From: Thermoplasmata archaeon | GTDB lineage: Archaea > Thermoplasmatota > Thermoplasmata > Lutacidiplasmatales > UBA184 | Assembly: GCA_041476045.1 (NCBI GenBank) | Contig: JBGOSQ010000002.1 | Location: forward strand, 1-63,061 | Direction of reading: 5' to 3' | Length of the DNA stretch: 63,061 nt | Shown here: in pieces, positions 16,685-27,102 of the stretch | Numbering within the stretch: the stretch's first letter is position 1 | Layout: every line of letters begins with the position of its first letter | The notes under the pieces: generated by a model | Seen by the model: the letters and a program-made list of their open reading frames with translations, nothing else | Told to the model about the DNA's origin: nothing | Databases searched by the model: none | Position numbers and translations under genes: made by a program

Positions 16685-18601
16685 GTGGCCTCCGTCCGCC
16701 GCCTCGCCGCGATCATGTTCACCGACTGGGTCGGATTCACGACGCTCACCCAGTCGAACGAGCAGCACGCCCTCACGCTGCTGGAGATCCACCAACGGAT
16801 CCTGCGACCGGTCTTCCCCCGGTTCCACGGCACGGAGATCAAGACGATCGGGGACGCCTTCCTCGTCGAGTTCGAAAGCGCCCTCGATGCGACCAGCTGC
16901 GCCATCGAGATCCAGCGCCTGCTCCACGACTACAACGCCTCCTCAACAGCGAAGGACCGGATCCGGCTGCGGATCGGTATCCACCTGGGCGACGTCATCC
17001 ACGCGGACGGCGACGTCCTCGGCGATGCGATCAACGTCGCGTCCCGGATCGAGCCCCTCGCCGAGCCGGAGGGCATCTGCATCTCCGATCCGGTCTTCGC
17101 GCAGATCCGCAACAAGCTCTCCAACCCGCTGACGAAGCTGCCCGCGCGCGAGCTGAAGAACGTCCAGTACCCGCTCGATGTCTACAAGGTCGAACTGCCG
17201 TGGACGGCGAGCGCATCGGATGCGGGCGGGGCGTCGATCGCCCGGCGCCTCGCTGTCCTTCCGCTCGCCAACATGAGCCCGGATCCCCAGGACGCCTTCT
17301 TCGCGGACGGGCTTACTGAGGAGATCATCTCGGAGCTCTCGAAGGTCGCGGGACTTCGGGTGATCGCCCGGACGTCCGTGATGCGCTACGCCGGCGGAGC
17401 GAAGGGCGTCGCGGAGATCGGCCGGGAGCTCCGCGTCGGGACGGTCCTCGAGGGGAGCGTCCGACGCGCGGGGAACCGGGTGCGGGTCACGGCGCAGCTC
17501 ATCGACGCCTCCAACGAGGAGCATCTCTGGTCGGAGAAGTACGACCGCGAGCTCGTCGACATCTTTGCCATCCAAAGCGAGATCGCCAAGGAGGTCGCCG
17601 TAGCGATGGGCGTCGCGCTCCCCCCGCCGGCGGTCGCCCGCCGGCGAGCTCCGCCGAGCCTCACCGCGTTCAAGCCGTACCTTCGGGGGAGATCCCTCTG
17701 GAACCGTCGGTCCCCCGAGCACCTCCGGGCGGCGTTACGGAACTTCGAGGAGGCGCTTGCGATCGAGCCGGATTTCGCCGAGGCGCTGTCGGGCATCGCC
17801 GACTGCTATTCGATCCTCGTCGATCGCGGGGTCATGTTGCCGAGCGAGGGCGGCCCGAAGGCGAGGGCGGCGGCCGAGCGGGCGATCCAGATCGACGAGA
17901 CGATCGCCGAGGCCCACGCCTCCCTGGGCCTTGCACTCGCGGCGGGGCACGAGTGGCTCGCGGCCGAACGCGAGTACAAGCGCGCGATCGAGCTCAACCC
18001 GATGTACGCCTCCGCGCACCAGTGGTACTACATGGAGCTCACCTGCCTCGGCCGCCGCGAGGAAGCGTGGCGAGAGCTCGATGCGGCCGAGGAGGCCGAC
18101 CCGCTCTCGCCGGTGATCCTCTTTCATCGTGGGTTCGTCGCGTGGGTCGAGGGCCGCGACGACGCGGCCCTCCAGAACTGGGCGCGGTTCGTGGAGCTCG
18201 GCGGCGACCCGGCCTTCTCCCATCTCTTCACCCTGCTCTTCTACGCCAACCGGTCGCGATGGGACGAAGCGGCGGCGATCCTACCCCTCGTGATGCGAGA
18301 GCCGCAAGGATGGCTGGGCGCGGCAGGGCCGGCGGTCGCCCTTGCGGTGCTCGGGAAGAAGACCGAGGCTCTCCAGCTCGTCGAGGCGATGGTCGCGCGC
18401 TCAAAGGTCGAATATGTCTCCGCCGGGGAGATCGCATGGGTCTTCGGAGCGCTCGGCGATGCCGACCGGTTCTTCGAATGGCTCTACCGGAGCGTCGACC
18501 AGAGGACGAAGACGTTCGACTTCATCGCCTCGCCGATCTTCGAGAAGCTCCGCGCGGATCCGCGCTTCCACGAGTATCTACGACGGTGCGGCGTCGCCTG
18601 A
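16685..18601 (+). CDS. class III adenylate/guanylate cyclase domain protein with central domain and C-terminal TPR repeats
   Basis: Cyclase core: AAIMFTDWVGFTTL (metal Asp), EIKTIGDAFLVEF (Lys plus second metal Asp), RIGIHLGDV, GDAINVASRIE (Asn/Arg). The C-terminal half has TPR-like repeats. TATA-like GTTTAATCTA sits about 25 nt upstream of GTG 16685. Confidence 0.8.
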   Translation: MASVRRLAAIMFTDWVGFTTLTQSNEQHALTLLEIHQRILRPVFPRFHGTEIKTIGDAFLVEFESALDATSCAIEIQRLLHDYNASSTAKDRIRLRIGIHLGDVIHADGDVLGDAINVASRIEPLAEPEGICISDPVFAQIRNKLSNPLTKLPARELKNVQYPLDVYKVELPWTASASDAGGASIARRLAVLPLANMSPDPQDAFFADGLTEEIISELSKVAGLRVIARTSVMRYAGGAKGVAEIGRELRVGTVLEGSVRRAGNRVRVTAQLIDASNEEHLWSEKYDRELVDIFAIQSEIAKEVAVAMGVALPPPAVARRRAPPSLTAFKPYLRGRSLWNRRSPEHLRAALRNFEEALAIEPDFAEALSGIADCYSILVDRGVMLPSEGGPKARAAAERAIQIDETIAEAHASLGLALAAGHEWLAAEREYKRAIELNPMYASAHQWYYMELTCLGRREEAWRELDAAEEADPLSPVILFHRGFVAWVEGRDDAALQNWARFVELGGDPAFSHLFTLLFYANRSRWDEAAAILPLVMREPQGWLGAAGPAVALAVLGKKTEALQLVEAMVARSKVEYVSAGEIAWVFGALGDADRFFEWLYRSVDQRTKTFDFIASPIFEKLRADPRFHEYLRRCGVA

Positions 18602-18619
18602 CCCGGTCGGCGGAGAGCC

Positions 18620-19420
18620 TCACACGAACTGACAGGGGGAGTCCGAGGGTGCCGAGGCCCGTGCGAGCGGTTCCGTGGGTCCCCAGGCGAGCAGGCCCAC
18701 TTCCGTGCCGGCGAGGTTCCCCACCGCTTCGTGGATGAAGCAGCCCGGCCCCACCAGCTTGTAGTTCACCGCTTGGTTCACCGGGTCAGCGACCGCCAAC
18801 CACGGCGAGCTCTCCGCCCCGGGCACGGGGACGTGGATCGCGAACCCGGTGTACGAGATTCGCATCACGGCCCAGCCGACGGCACCCAGGGAGATGGAGC
18901 TCGCACCGCAGTGGCCCGCATAGGCGGACCCGTTGAGACAGTACGCCCGGAATGAGTCGTCGAAGGACGCCGCTCCGTTGGTGCCGAGGAAGGGGCAGCC
19001 GTCGACCGGGCCGCTGGTCGAGAGGTTGATGTCGGAGACCGCCGGCCCGTCCCGAAGGGAACACCACGCGGTGGTCGGGTGCGGGGAACCGGAGACGACG
19101 ATAGAGTAGGTCGATGGGCAGCTCTGAGCGAAACCGGGTCCGAGAAGCCAGACTAGCCCGAGACGGCCGATCGTCCAGTTCAACTTGACCTCGAGGACCC
19201 CTGCCGAGCCGTTCGAGAGCGAGACCGACGTACCCGAGGAGCTTCCCAGGAAACTTCCGTTCGCCCAGCCGGTGGCGCTGCCGTTCGGAGGCGAGTTCAC
19301 GACGACCGCGGGAGTCCAGAGCGCCTCGGTCCCGAGGGTCGACACGACGCCGCAGCCCTGATGGAATGCAAGACCCGCACCGATGGCAGCAGGGAGGGTC
19401 AGGAGGAGCGCCGCGGCCAC
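18620..19420 (-). CDS. secreted cysteine-rich protein with N-glycosylation sequons
   Basis: Hydrophobic N-terminus AAALLLTLPAAIGAGLAF, 8 Cys and about 6 N-x-S/T sequons. GTG 19420 is the first canonical start after the upstream stop. Confidence 0.6.
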   Translation of the reverse strand: MAAALLLTLPAAIGAGLAFHQGCGVVSTLGTEALWTPAVVVNSPPNGSATGWANGSFLGSSSGTSVSLSNGSAGVLEVKLNWTIGRLGLVWLLGPGFAQSCPSTYSIVVSGSPHPTTAWCSLRDGPAVSDINLSTSGPVDGCPFLGTNGAASFDDSFRAYCLNGSAYAGHCGASSISLGAVGWAVMRISYTGFAIHVPVPGAESSPWLAVADPVNQAVNYKLVGPGCFIHEAVGNLAGTEVGLLAWGPTEPLARASAPSDSPCQFV

Positions 19421-19696
19421 GACGCCGGAGGCCGCGCCGATCTTCCACCGTCCCGAAGCGCGTGTGGTATCGTACCAGGGAGTACATTCGATAATTGCGA
19501 TGGTGTATCAAAGTCCCCGAACTCCATCGCGCGCGAACCGCTCGCCGTTCTGCTATACCTGTGGCCCCCACCAATTGTTGAATGGCCGGACCGCACGTCT
19601 GCGCCGGGGCGGGGCGTGTCCCCGCTCGCGCCGGCCGGCCCCCCAGTACGACGGCCGGAACTTCGTCGGGCCCTCCGGAGGGTTCCCCCGCGAGGT

Positions 19697-19707
19697 AACT
19701 TATATAT
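19697..19707 (+). promoter_or_regulatory. TATA box for cdc48
   Basis: AACTTATATAT ends about 30 nt upstream of ATG 19737. Confidence 0.5.
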
Positions 19708-19736
19708 CCGCACCCCCGGTTCAATGGCGGCTCTCG

Positions 19737-21959
19737 ATGGCGGAGGCAATCACCCTGCGGGTCGCCGAGGCCTTCCAGCAGGACATTGGTCTCGGGACGG
19801 CGCGCCTCGACGTCGGCACCCGCCAGCGCCTCAAGGTCGGCGTCGGCGACATCGTGGAGGTCCGTGGCCGCAAGACGACGGCCGCGCTCGTCAACCGCGC
19901 TCAGCAGGACGATGAGGGCAAGGGACTCGTCCGCGTCGAGGCCGTCGTCCGGCGGAACGCGGGGGTCAGCATCGGCGATCGCGTCATCGTCCAGCGGATC
20001 GACTGCCCGATCGCCGACTCGATCACGATTGCTCCGATCTACTCCGGCTCGGCGAAGATGGACCTCGGGCCCGGCCTCGAAGCCTTCGTCTCCAAGGCGC
20101 TCTCGCGCCGTCCGTTCGTCCGCGGCGACGTCTTCGTCATCCCGGGCGTCTTCCTGATGGGCGGCTCGCTCCCGTTCATGGTCGTTGCGAGCCAGCCCAA
20201 GGGAACGGTCCAGGTGGGACCGACGACCCTCATCACGATCAAGGACGAGACCGTCACCGAGACCGAGGTCGCGGCCCCGCGGGTCTCCTACGAGGACATC
20301 GGCGGGCTCAAGGAGAAGCTGGGCCGGGTCCGCGAAATGATCGAGCTGCCGCTCAAGCACCCGGAGCTGTTCGACCGGCTCGCGATCTCGCCGCCCAAGG
20401 GGGTCCTGCTCTACGGGCCGCCGGGAACGGGGAAGACGCTCATCGCCAAGGCCGTCGCCAACGAGGCGGGGGCCCACTTCATCGGCATCCAGGGACCCGA
20501 GATCATCTCGAAGTACTACGGAGAGAGCGAGAAGGAGCTCCGCGAGAAGTTCGAGGAGGCCGAGAAGAACGCGCCGTCGGTGATCTTCATCGACGAACTC
20601 GACTCGATCGCCCCGCGCCGCGACGAGGTCGTCGGCGAGGTCGAGCGACGCGTCGTCGCCCAGCTCCTCACGCTCATGGACGGCCTCTCCGGCCGCGGCA
20701 ACGTCATCGTCATCGCGGCGACGAACCGCGAGGAGGCGATCGATCCCGCGCTCCGGCGACCGGGACGGTTCGACCGCGAGATCGAGATTGGCGTTCCGAC
20801 GCAGGCGGGGCGGCTCGAGATCCTCCAAATCCACACCCGCGGCATGCCCATCGAGGGTTCCGAAAAGGACCGAGAGCGGTTGTTGAAGGAGCTCGCCAAT
20901 CTCTCCCATGGCTTCGTCGGCGCGGACCTGGCCGCCCTCGGCCGCGAGGCGGCGATGCGCGCGCTCCGGCGCTATCTGCCCGAGATCGACTTCGACAAGC
21001 CGATCCCGCTGACCCTTCTCGAGCGAATGAAGGTCACGGACAAGGATTTCAAGGAGGCGTTAAAGCAGATCGAGCCGTCGAGCCTCCGCGACGTTACGAT
21101 CGAGATCCCGACGATCCGCTGGGGCGACATCGGCGGTCTGGACCGCGTGAAGCTCTCCCTCCAGGAGTCCGTCGAGCTTCCGTTCAAGAATCCGACGGTC
21201 TACAAGCACATGGGGATCGAGCCGCCCCGCGGTATCCTCCTCTACGGTCCTCCCGGCGTGGGAAAGACCCTCCTGGCGAAGGCCGCGGCGACCGAGAGCG
21301 AGGCGAACTTCATTTCGGTGAAGGGCCCTGAGATCATGAGCAAGTGGGTCGGGGAGAGCGAGAAGGCGGTCCGTGTCATCTTCAAGAAGGCGCGCCAGGC
21401 CTCGCCGGCGATCGTCTTCATCGACGAGCTGGATTCAATCGCGCCGCGTCGCGGGCTCCAGACGTCGAGCGGCGTCACGGAGCGGATCGTGAACCAGCTA
21501 CTGACCTCGATCGATGGACTAGAGTCCCTCGAGCGGGTGCTCGTCCTCGCGGCGACGAACCGCCCGGACATCATCGACGAGGCCCTTCTACGGACCGGCC
21601 GGTTCGACCGGCTCCTCTACGTCGAACCACCGAACGTCGCCGGACGGCTCGAGATCTTGAAGGTCCACTCGCGGAAGATGCCCCTCAGTGACGTCAGCCT
21701 CAGCGAGCTGGCCCAGCGGACCGAGGGATACGTCGGCAGCGACATCGCTTCGCTCTGCCGCGAGGCCGGGCTCGTCGCGATCCGGGAGAACATCAAGGCC
21801 TCGAAGGTCACGATGTCCCACTTCGACGAGGCGCTCAAGCTCGCGCATGCCTCGTGCACCCCCGAGGCGCTCAAGTTCTACGAGGACTTCCAGAAGCATC
21901 TCTCGCGCGAACGCGTCGGCGGCAAGCGCGAAGAGACGGCGCAGGCGATCTACCGATAG
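19737..21959 (+). CDS. cdc48: Cdc48/VAT-type double-ring AAA+ ATPase
   Basis: D1 has GPPGTGKT / VIFIDELD and D2 has GPPGVGKT / IVFIDELD. The N-domain begins [12 protein letters not shown]. The C-terminus is ...AQAIYR (HbYX-like). The ORF extension back to 19383 is rejected. Confidence 0.93.
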   Translation: MAEAITLRVAEAFQQDIGLGTARLDVGTRQRLKVGVGDIVEVRGRKTTAALVNRAQQDDEGKGLVRVEAVVRRNAGVSIGDRVIVQRIDCPIADSITIAPIYSGSAKMDLGPGLEAFVSKALSRRPFVRGDVFVIPGVFLMGGSLPFMVVASQPKGTVQVGPTTLITIKDETVTETEVAAPRVSYEDIGGLKEKLGRVREMIELPLKHPELFDRLAISPPKGVLLYGPPGTGKTLIAKAVANEAGAHFIGIQGPEIISKYYGESEKELREKFEEAEKNAPSVIFIDELDSIAPRRDEVVGEVERRVVAQLLTLMDGLSGRGNVIVIAATNREEAIDPALRRPGRFDREIEIGVPTQAGRLEILQIHTRGMPIEGSEKDRERLLKELANLSHGFVGADLAALGREAAMRALRRYLPEIDFDKPIPLTLLERMKVTDKDFKEALKQIEPSSLRDVTIEIPTIRWGDIGGLDRVKLSLQESVELPFKNPTVYKHMGIEPPRGILLYGPPGVGKTLLAKAAATESEANFISVKGPEIMSKWVGESEKAVRVIFKKARQASPAIVFIDELDSIAPRRGLQTSSGVTERIVNQLLTSIDGLESLERVLVLAATNRPDIIDEALLRTGRFDRLLYVEPPNVAGRLEILKVHSRKMPLSDVSLSELAQRTEGYVGSDIASLCREAGLVAIRENIKASKVTMSHFDEALKLAHASCTPEALKFYEDFQKHLSRERVGGKREETAQAIYR

Positions 21960-22152
21960 CCCCGCCCTCGGGCGCTTCGGGTTCCGGCGGAGTTATCCGA
22001 CCCGTTCCGGGCGTTCCATCCAACGGCTTCGCCCACGGCGAACGCCGCCGATGGGCCCACGAAAAGTCGCTATCGGCAAGCTATAAGTAGAGGGGCTAGG
22101 TTCGCCGCCGCGTTCCTCGATGGGAACTCGATGTAGGGAGACGTGAAACACG

Positions 22153-25100
22153 ATGGGTAACGGGCTACCGCGAGTCGCCCTGTGGGCTCTGGCATTTGTG
22201 ATGCTGGCAAGCACGCTGGCGTCGCTATCCGGAGCGCAGGCCGCCTCGACGCCGAACTACACCCTACTGGGGTATGTGTCCCAGGCCGGGGGCCCGAACG
22301 CGCCCCCCGTCCCGGCCGGCGTCACCGTTGACCTGATCTCCGCCGCCAGCCACCAGACCTACACGACCACCACGGCGACCTCGGGCGGCAGCTTCTCGTT
22401 CGGCTCGGCCAACACGGCCGGCACCCTCGCCCCCGGCTGGTGGGGCGTCTGGATCCCCCCACAGGCCCACGCCAACCTCTACGGATGCAAGCCCTGCGCG
22501 GTCCTGCCCTCCGACCAGAACCCCCAGTACTACTGGGAGAACTCGACTTCGCTCACGACCCAGTCCACCTCGGCCAACCCCGTCTCCATCTCGGGCGTGA
22601 CGCTCCTGCCGTACAACGCGACCATCTGGGGAAACGCCACGTTCCTCGGATCCCCCGTCGCGGGCGCGACGGTGTCGGTCCTCGACCCCACCTTCAATGG
22701 GTTCGTTCTCGCGAACAACACGACGGTATCGCAGGCGACCAACACGACCGTCGTCGGCGAGTTCTCGCTCTCGGTGCCGTTCGGCACGTGGGTCCTCCAG
22801 ACGATGGTCCCGGGGAGCCCCAATTACTTCAACACCGTCCAGGTGACGGTCAGTTCGACCCACGTCACGGTCAATCCCACGGTGAAGAAGGACTTCTACG
22901 CGTGGGGCTACGTCAACCAGGCGTCGACCCCTTCGGCCCACGTCCCCGCGGGCGGGAACGTCACGGTCTTCGACCCGACGAACGGGTACGTCTACACCTC
23001 CTCGATCGGGAGCGGTTACTACAGCATCGGGACTTACCCGGCCGGATTCATCGGCCCGGGGACTCAGACGCTCAACGTCGTCCTCGCCCCGGTCGGCTGG
23101 CAGACCGTTTCCTACCAGCTCGATGTCTCGACGGCCCTTCCCGGCACGGCGGCGGCCCATCTCTCGTACACCTCGCCGATCGCGCCGCCCGCTGAGTACA
23201 ACACGACGCTCGATTTCACGCACGGCTTCGGCAAGGTCAACGTATCGACGGCCGCGGTCCTCGGGAACGATTCGACGTTCCCGGACCTCGCGAACGCGTC
23301 GGTGGGTCAGCTCTGGGCGCAGCTCGCGCTCGACTGGCAGAACAACCTCACGTTCGACGCGGCGAACCTCCCGGGCGTCCTCAACTGGATCAACTCCTCG
23401 GGACCGTTCTTCCCCGCGGGCCAGAGCTCGCTCACCGTGAACGGCACCGGCTTCGGCCAGCCGACGAACTACACGTTCGCCAGCAACACCACGTGCACCA
23501 CGTTCTGCGGCCTCACGAGCTCGGACGCGCTGAACCTCAACTGGGCCCAGGCGTACAATGCGACCGCGAAGATCCCGACGAACTCGAAGACGTACACGAT
23601 CTCCTTCACGTTCCGGCACCCGACCAACGCGGAGGCGTTCAACTACACGGTGGCGCTCCCGACCGGCTGGGTCCTCAACGCGGGGACGGCCGCCCCCGCC
23701 CAGTCGCGCCTCGTCGCGGCGGGCCCCGGCGGAACGTGGACGAACTTCACGCTCGTCTCGCTCCCCTCGACGAGCGCGTCGTCGACGGCCTCTTTCACCC
23801 TCGTGAAGTACTCGTCGGTGACCGCGGTCGTCAACGTCACCACCTCGAACTTCGCCTTCTCGAAGTCGGACGTCCTCAACCAGACCCACGGTAACTACAC
23901 CGTCGTGGTCGGCGTCGGTGAGAACGCGACGTTCTCGGCGCTCAACTCGTCGTTCCCCGCGGGGAACAACGGCACCCTCTACGAGTGGGCCTTCGGGGAC
24001 GGCGCGACGACGAACACGAGCCAGCCCACGACGTACCACACGTACACGGGCGCGGGGCGCGAGTTCACAGGCAGCCTGACGCTGACGAGCTCGGGCGGGC
24101 AGACGAACACCGTGGCGTTCCACGTCTACACCGACGACCTGTTCCCGACGAGCCTCATCAGCACGAACCAGACGATCCTGCACGCCGGCAGCGGGGCGTA
24201 CGTGATGATCAACTCCTCGCGGACGCTCCACTTCAATGCGACGGCGAGCACGGACCTGATCAATGGCGGGACGACCCTGCCGGGCGTCCTCTCGGTCGCG
24301 TCGTGGAACATCTCCACGGGGAAGACCGCGGTCTCGCTCGCGAACTACTCGACGGGAGCGGGCCTCAAGATCGGCTCGAACCTGACGATACAGTTCTCGG
24401 GCGCGGGGAGCTACCTCACCAGCGGGGACGTCAACGGCACCCCAATCGCCTTCACCGGCTGGCAGTACAACGTCAGCCTCGACGTCTGGGACGGCGCCGG
24501 CCACCTGTCGCGCGCGTGGCTCGATGTCCTGGTCAACGACACCCAGAAGCCGACCCCGGTGGTCGCGCTCCAGGACGCGAGCGGCCGGGTCGTCTCGAGC
24601 TCGGGCGTCGTCGAAGGCGCCAACCACACGGCACCCGTGGTCCTCTCGGCCCAGAACTCGACCGACCCGCACAACGGCTCGCTCGTCTCGTACAACTGGT
24701 CGATCACGAACAAGGGCAACGACTCGGTGCACATCTGGCTCAACCAGTCGGCCGGGATGCCGGGCTTCAAGCTGCCCGCGAAGCCGCGCTACTGGTTGGA
24801 CCCGCAGGCGAAGCCGTACACGGTCAACCTGACCGTCACCGACCGGGCCTCCAACACCGGCTTCGTCGTCTCCTCGCTGACCGTCGCGATCAACACGAGC
24901 CAGCGCCCCGTCCTCGCGGTCAGCAACTTGACCGCCGACCCGACGATGACCGACGGGACGTCGTATACGGTCTGGGTCAATGTGACGAACACGATCGGCC
25001 AGAACTCGACGGCGCTAGGCACCCAGGTCCGGTTCTACCTACTGCCCCCCTCCGGGGTCGGCAGCGGGACCACGATGGGGGATTCGCCCGGCTCGGTCCA

Positions 25101-25503
25101 GTTCTACAACTACACGACCAACACGACGCTGGCCAGCTCGCCGTGGCCGACGAGCTCGATCGATCTGAAGTACAACCACACGGTGCGTGCGGTGATCCAC
25201 TTCAACCCGTCGAGCACGGGGACCTTCGACCTCTGGGCCAACGCTTCCGCGGCGAACGAGTTCATCTCGGACTACAAGACCGGCGCCAACCAGATGCACG
25301 TCTCGGTGACGCTGAACCAGAACCCGATCGTCCTCTACGAGGAGATCGCGGCGGTCATTGGCGTCGCGGTCGTGATCATCGTCGTCATCATCTTCTGGCG
25401 CCGCCGGTCGAGCGGGCCCAAGACGGGCGGAAAGCCGTCGGGCTCGGGCAAGTCCGGCTCGGACAAGTCGAAGAAGGACGAGGACGACGAAGACGAGCTG
25501 TAG
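22153..25503 (+). CDS. large surface glycoprotein (S-layer-like), signal peptide plus C-terminal TM anchor
   Basis: Signal peptide VALWALAFVMLASTLASLSGAQA, roughly 50 N-x-S/T sequons by hand count, and a PKD-like segment YEWAFGDGATTNTSQPTTYHTY. C-terminal TM is IAAVIGVAVVIIVVIIFW, followed by a charged tail. Confidence 0.8.
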   Translation: MGNGLPRVALWALAFVMLASTLASLSGAQAASTPNYTLLGYVSQAGGPNAPPVPAGVTVDLISAASHQTYTTTTATSGGSFSFGSANTAGTLAPGWWGVWIPPQAHANLYGCKPCAVLPSDQNPQYYWENSTSLTTQSTSANPVSISGVTLLPYNATIWGNATFLGSPVAGATVSVLDPTFNGFVLANNTTVSQATNTTVVGEFSLSVPFGTWVLQTMVPGSPNYFNTVQVTVSSTHVTVNPTVKKDFYAWGYVNQASTPSAHVPAGGNVTVFDPTNGYVYTSSIGSGYYSIGTYPAGFIGPGTQTLNVVLAPVGWQTVSYQLDVSTALPGTAAAHLSYTSPIAPPAEYNTTLDFTHGFGKVNVSTAAVLGNDSTFPDLANASVGQLWAQLALDWQNNLTFDAANLPGVLNWINSSGPFFPAGQSSLTVNGTGFGQPTNYTFASNTTCTTFCGLTSSDALNLNWAQAYNATAKIPTNSKTYTISFTFRHPTNAEAFNYTVALPTGWVLNAGTAAPAQSRLVAAGPGGTWTNFTLVSLPSTSASSTASFTLVKYSSVTAVVNVTTSNFAFSKSDVLNQTHGNYTVVVGVGENATFSALNSSFPAGNNGTLYEWAFGDGATTNTSQPTTYHTYTGAGREFTGSLTLTSSGGQTNTVAFHVYTDDLFPTSLISTNQTILHAGSGAYVMINSSRTLHFNATASTDLINGGTTLPGVLSVASWNISTGKTAVSLANYSTGAGLKIGSNLTIQFSGAGSYLTSGDVNGTPIAFTGWQYNVSLDVWDGAGHLSRAWLDVLVNDTQKPTPVVALQDASGRVVSSSGVVEGANHTAPVVLSAQNSTDPHNGSLVSYNWSITNKGNDSVHIWLNQSAGMPGFKLPAKPRYWLDPQAKPYTVNLTVTDRASNTGFVVSSLTVAINTSQRPVLAVSNLTADPTMTDGTSYTVWVNVTNTIGQNSTALGTQVRFYLLPPSGVGSGTTMGDSPGSVQFYNYTTNTTLASSPWPTSSIDLKYNHTVRAVIHFNPSSTGTFDLWANASAANEFISDYKTGANQMHVSVTLNQNPIVLYEEIAAVIGVAVVIIVVIIFWRRRSSGPKTGGKPSGSGKSGSDKSKKDEDDEDEL

Positions 25504-25562
25504 GCCCCGCTACAGCCCCGTCCCAACCCCTTCCTCCCGTGCGCGCTACCGTGATCTAGTAG

Positions 25563-26453
25563 GTGCGCCGCGGGCGCTGGCCTAATCCGCTCTCCAGCGA
25601 CTCTCTGGGTGGGATGGCACCACTTCGGCCCGCGGAAAGCGCGGCCGCTCGGTCGCGCCGGCTCGCGACGTTCCTGACGCGTCGGGGCCGGAGCCGCGAA
25701 TCCGTCCACGCGCTGCACCGGGACCTGCGTCGCGACCGGTTCGAGGGCCAGATCCTGGCCCGCATCCTCGGGGCCTCCGCCTCCGACCGGTCGCTCGAGC
25801 GCCCGCCGGCCCTGCGCGACCTGGAGCGGGCCCTCGGCCGATGGCGCGACGTCGAGATCACCCGGGAGCTCTGGCGCTCCGTCCGTACCAAAGTGATCGG
25901 GCGACGGGAGGCACGGTGGCTCGCGAAACGGGAGAAGCGGCTCGATACGGAGTCGGACACGTTCGAACGCGAGGCCGTGGAGCTCGTGCGGCGGCACCTC
26001 GCCGCGCATCCGTCTCCGGCCCCATCGCCACGACCCGCGTTGAGCCCCAAGCGCCTCCAGACGCCGTTGCGATGGCGAAAGGAGCTCGCGGTGCGTCGGA
26101 AGCGGTATCTCAAGTCGCTCGCCGGGGTGACCGACTCGCTCCCCGCGGAGGCGACCCACGCCTTCCGACAGGAGGTGCGCCGCCTCGGGGTCTACTACGA
26201 TCTCCTGGCGATCGCGCCGTGGGCGGCGCCGCCGCGACGCTCGGAGAAGATCCAGCGGGTCCTCGATCGTCTGGGCCGACTGCACGACTGGGATCGCGCC
26301 ATCGCGCGTCTCCGCCAGGAACCGTCGAGCGGTCTCCGCGAGGAGTACCGGGACCGTCTGCGTTCGGAGCGGCGGCGCACCACCGTCCGCGCCCGGCGCG
26401 TTCTCGCCTCGAAAGGGGTCCGACGCTACGCCGAGAAAGAGATCCAGCGGTAG
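25563..26453 (+). CDS. CHAD-domain-like protein
   Basis: Helical, Arg-rich protein with repeated H-x2-R-x3-RRL-type motifs (VHALHRDLRRDR, THAFRQEVRRLGVYYDLL, LGRLHDWD). Alternative start at ATG 25614. Confidence 0.5.
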   Translation: MRRGRWPNPLSSDSLGGMAPLRPAESAAARSRRLATFLTRRGRSRESVHALHRDLRRDRFEGQILARILGASASDRSLERPPALRDLERALGRWRDVEITRELWRSVRTKVIGRREARWLAKREKRLDTESDTFEREAVELVRRHLAAHPSPAPSPRPALSPKRLQTPLRWRKELAVRRKRYLKSLAGVTDSLPAEATHAFRQEVRRLGVYYDLLAIAPWAAPPRRSEKIQRVLDRLGRLHDWDRAIARLRQEPSSGLREEYRDRLRSERRRTTVRARRVLASKGVRRYAEKEIQR

Positions 26454-26477
26454 CCGAAGAGTGTAGAGCCGCTGGAT

Positions 26478-26675
26478 CTACCCGTACGGGCCGACCTCGT
26501 CGAGCAGGTCGACGTGGGTGAGCAGCATGCGGCGGCAGCAGTAGCGGCTCAGTCCCAAGCGCGTCAGGACCTCTCCGGCCGGCTCGCCGCGGCTGGTCCG
26601 CTCTCGGTACTCGTCCCAGTGCTGGCCGATGACGGCGCCGCAGGTGAAGCACCGGACCGGGATCATCATCGTCAT
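26478..26675 (-). CDS. rpoN: DNA-directed RNA polymerase subunit N (Rpo10)
   Basis: MIPVRCFTCGAVIG...LGLSRYCCRRMLLTHVDL matches the subunit N zinc motif. Confidence 0.9.
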   Translation of the reverse strand: MTMMIPVRCFTCGAVIGQHWDEYRERTSRGEPAGEVLTRLGLSRYCCRRMLLTHVDLLDEVGPYG

Positions 26676-26694
26676 GGTCGTGTACTCTCCCTGC

Positions 26695-27102
26695 TCACCG
26701 GTACGACTTCTGCCGCCGCTTGCGCGCGCCGCGTCCGCCGGGCCGCTTCGGCAGCTTCCGCCGCGGGTCGTTGACGAGGAGCGAACGGTCGTAGCGCTTG
26801 AACATCTCGCCGAGGGCGGGGTCCTTGATCCACTCGAGGAGGCCCCGCGCGACCGCCGTACGGGCGGCCGACGCCTGGCCGATGATGCCGCCGCCCTGCA
26901 CGTTGACGGAGATGTCGAGGTTCCGCCACTTCTCGCCGACCATCAGGAGCGGTTCCTGGATCTTCTGCCGGACGACCTCGGGTTCGAGGATCTCGAGCGG
27001 GCGGTCGTTGACCCAGACGCGGCCGGCGCCCTTGCGGATCGTGGCCCGCGCCACGGCCTCCTTGCGCTTGCCGGTCGTCTGCACGATCACCGGTGCCTTC
27101 AT
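26695..27102 (-). CDS. rps9: 30S ribosomal protein S9 (uS9)
   Basis: GGGIIGQASAARTAVARGL and C-terminal ...RGARKRRQKSYR. Confidence 0.92.
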   Translation of the reverse strand: MKAPVIVQTTGKRKEAVARATIRKGAGRVWVNDRPLEILEPEVVRQKIQEPLLMVGEKWRNLDISVNVQGGGIIGQASAARTAVARGLLEWIKDPALGEMFKRYDRSLLVNDPRRKLPKRPGGRGARKRRQKSYR

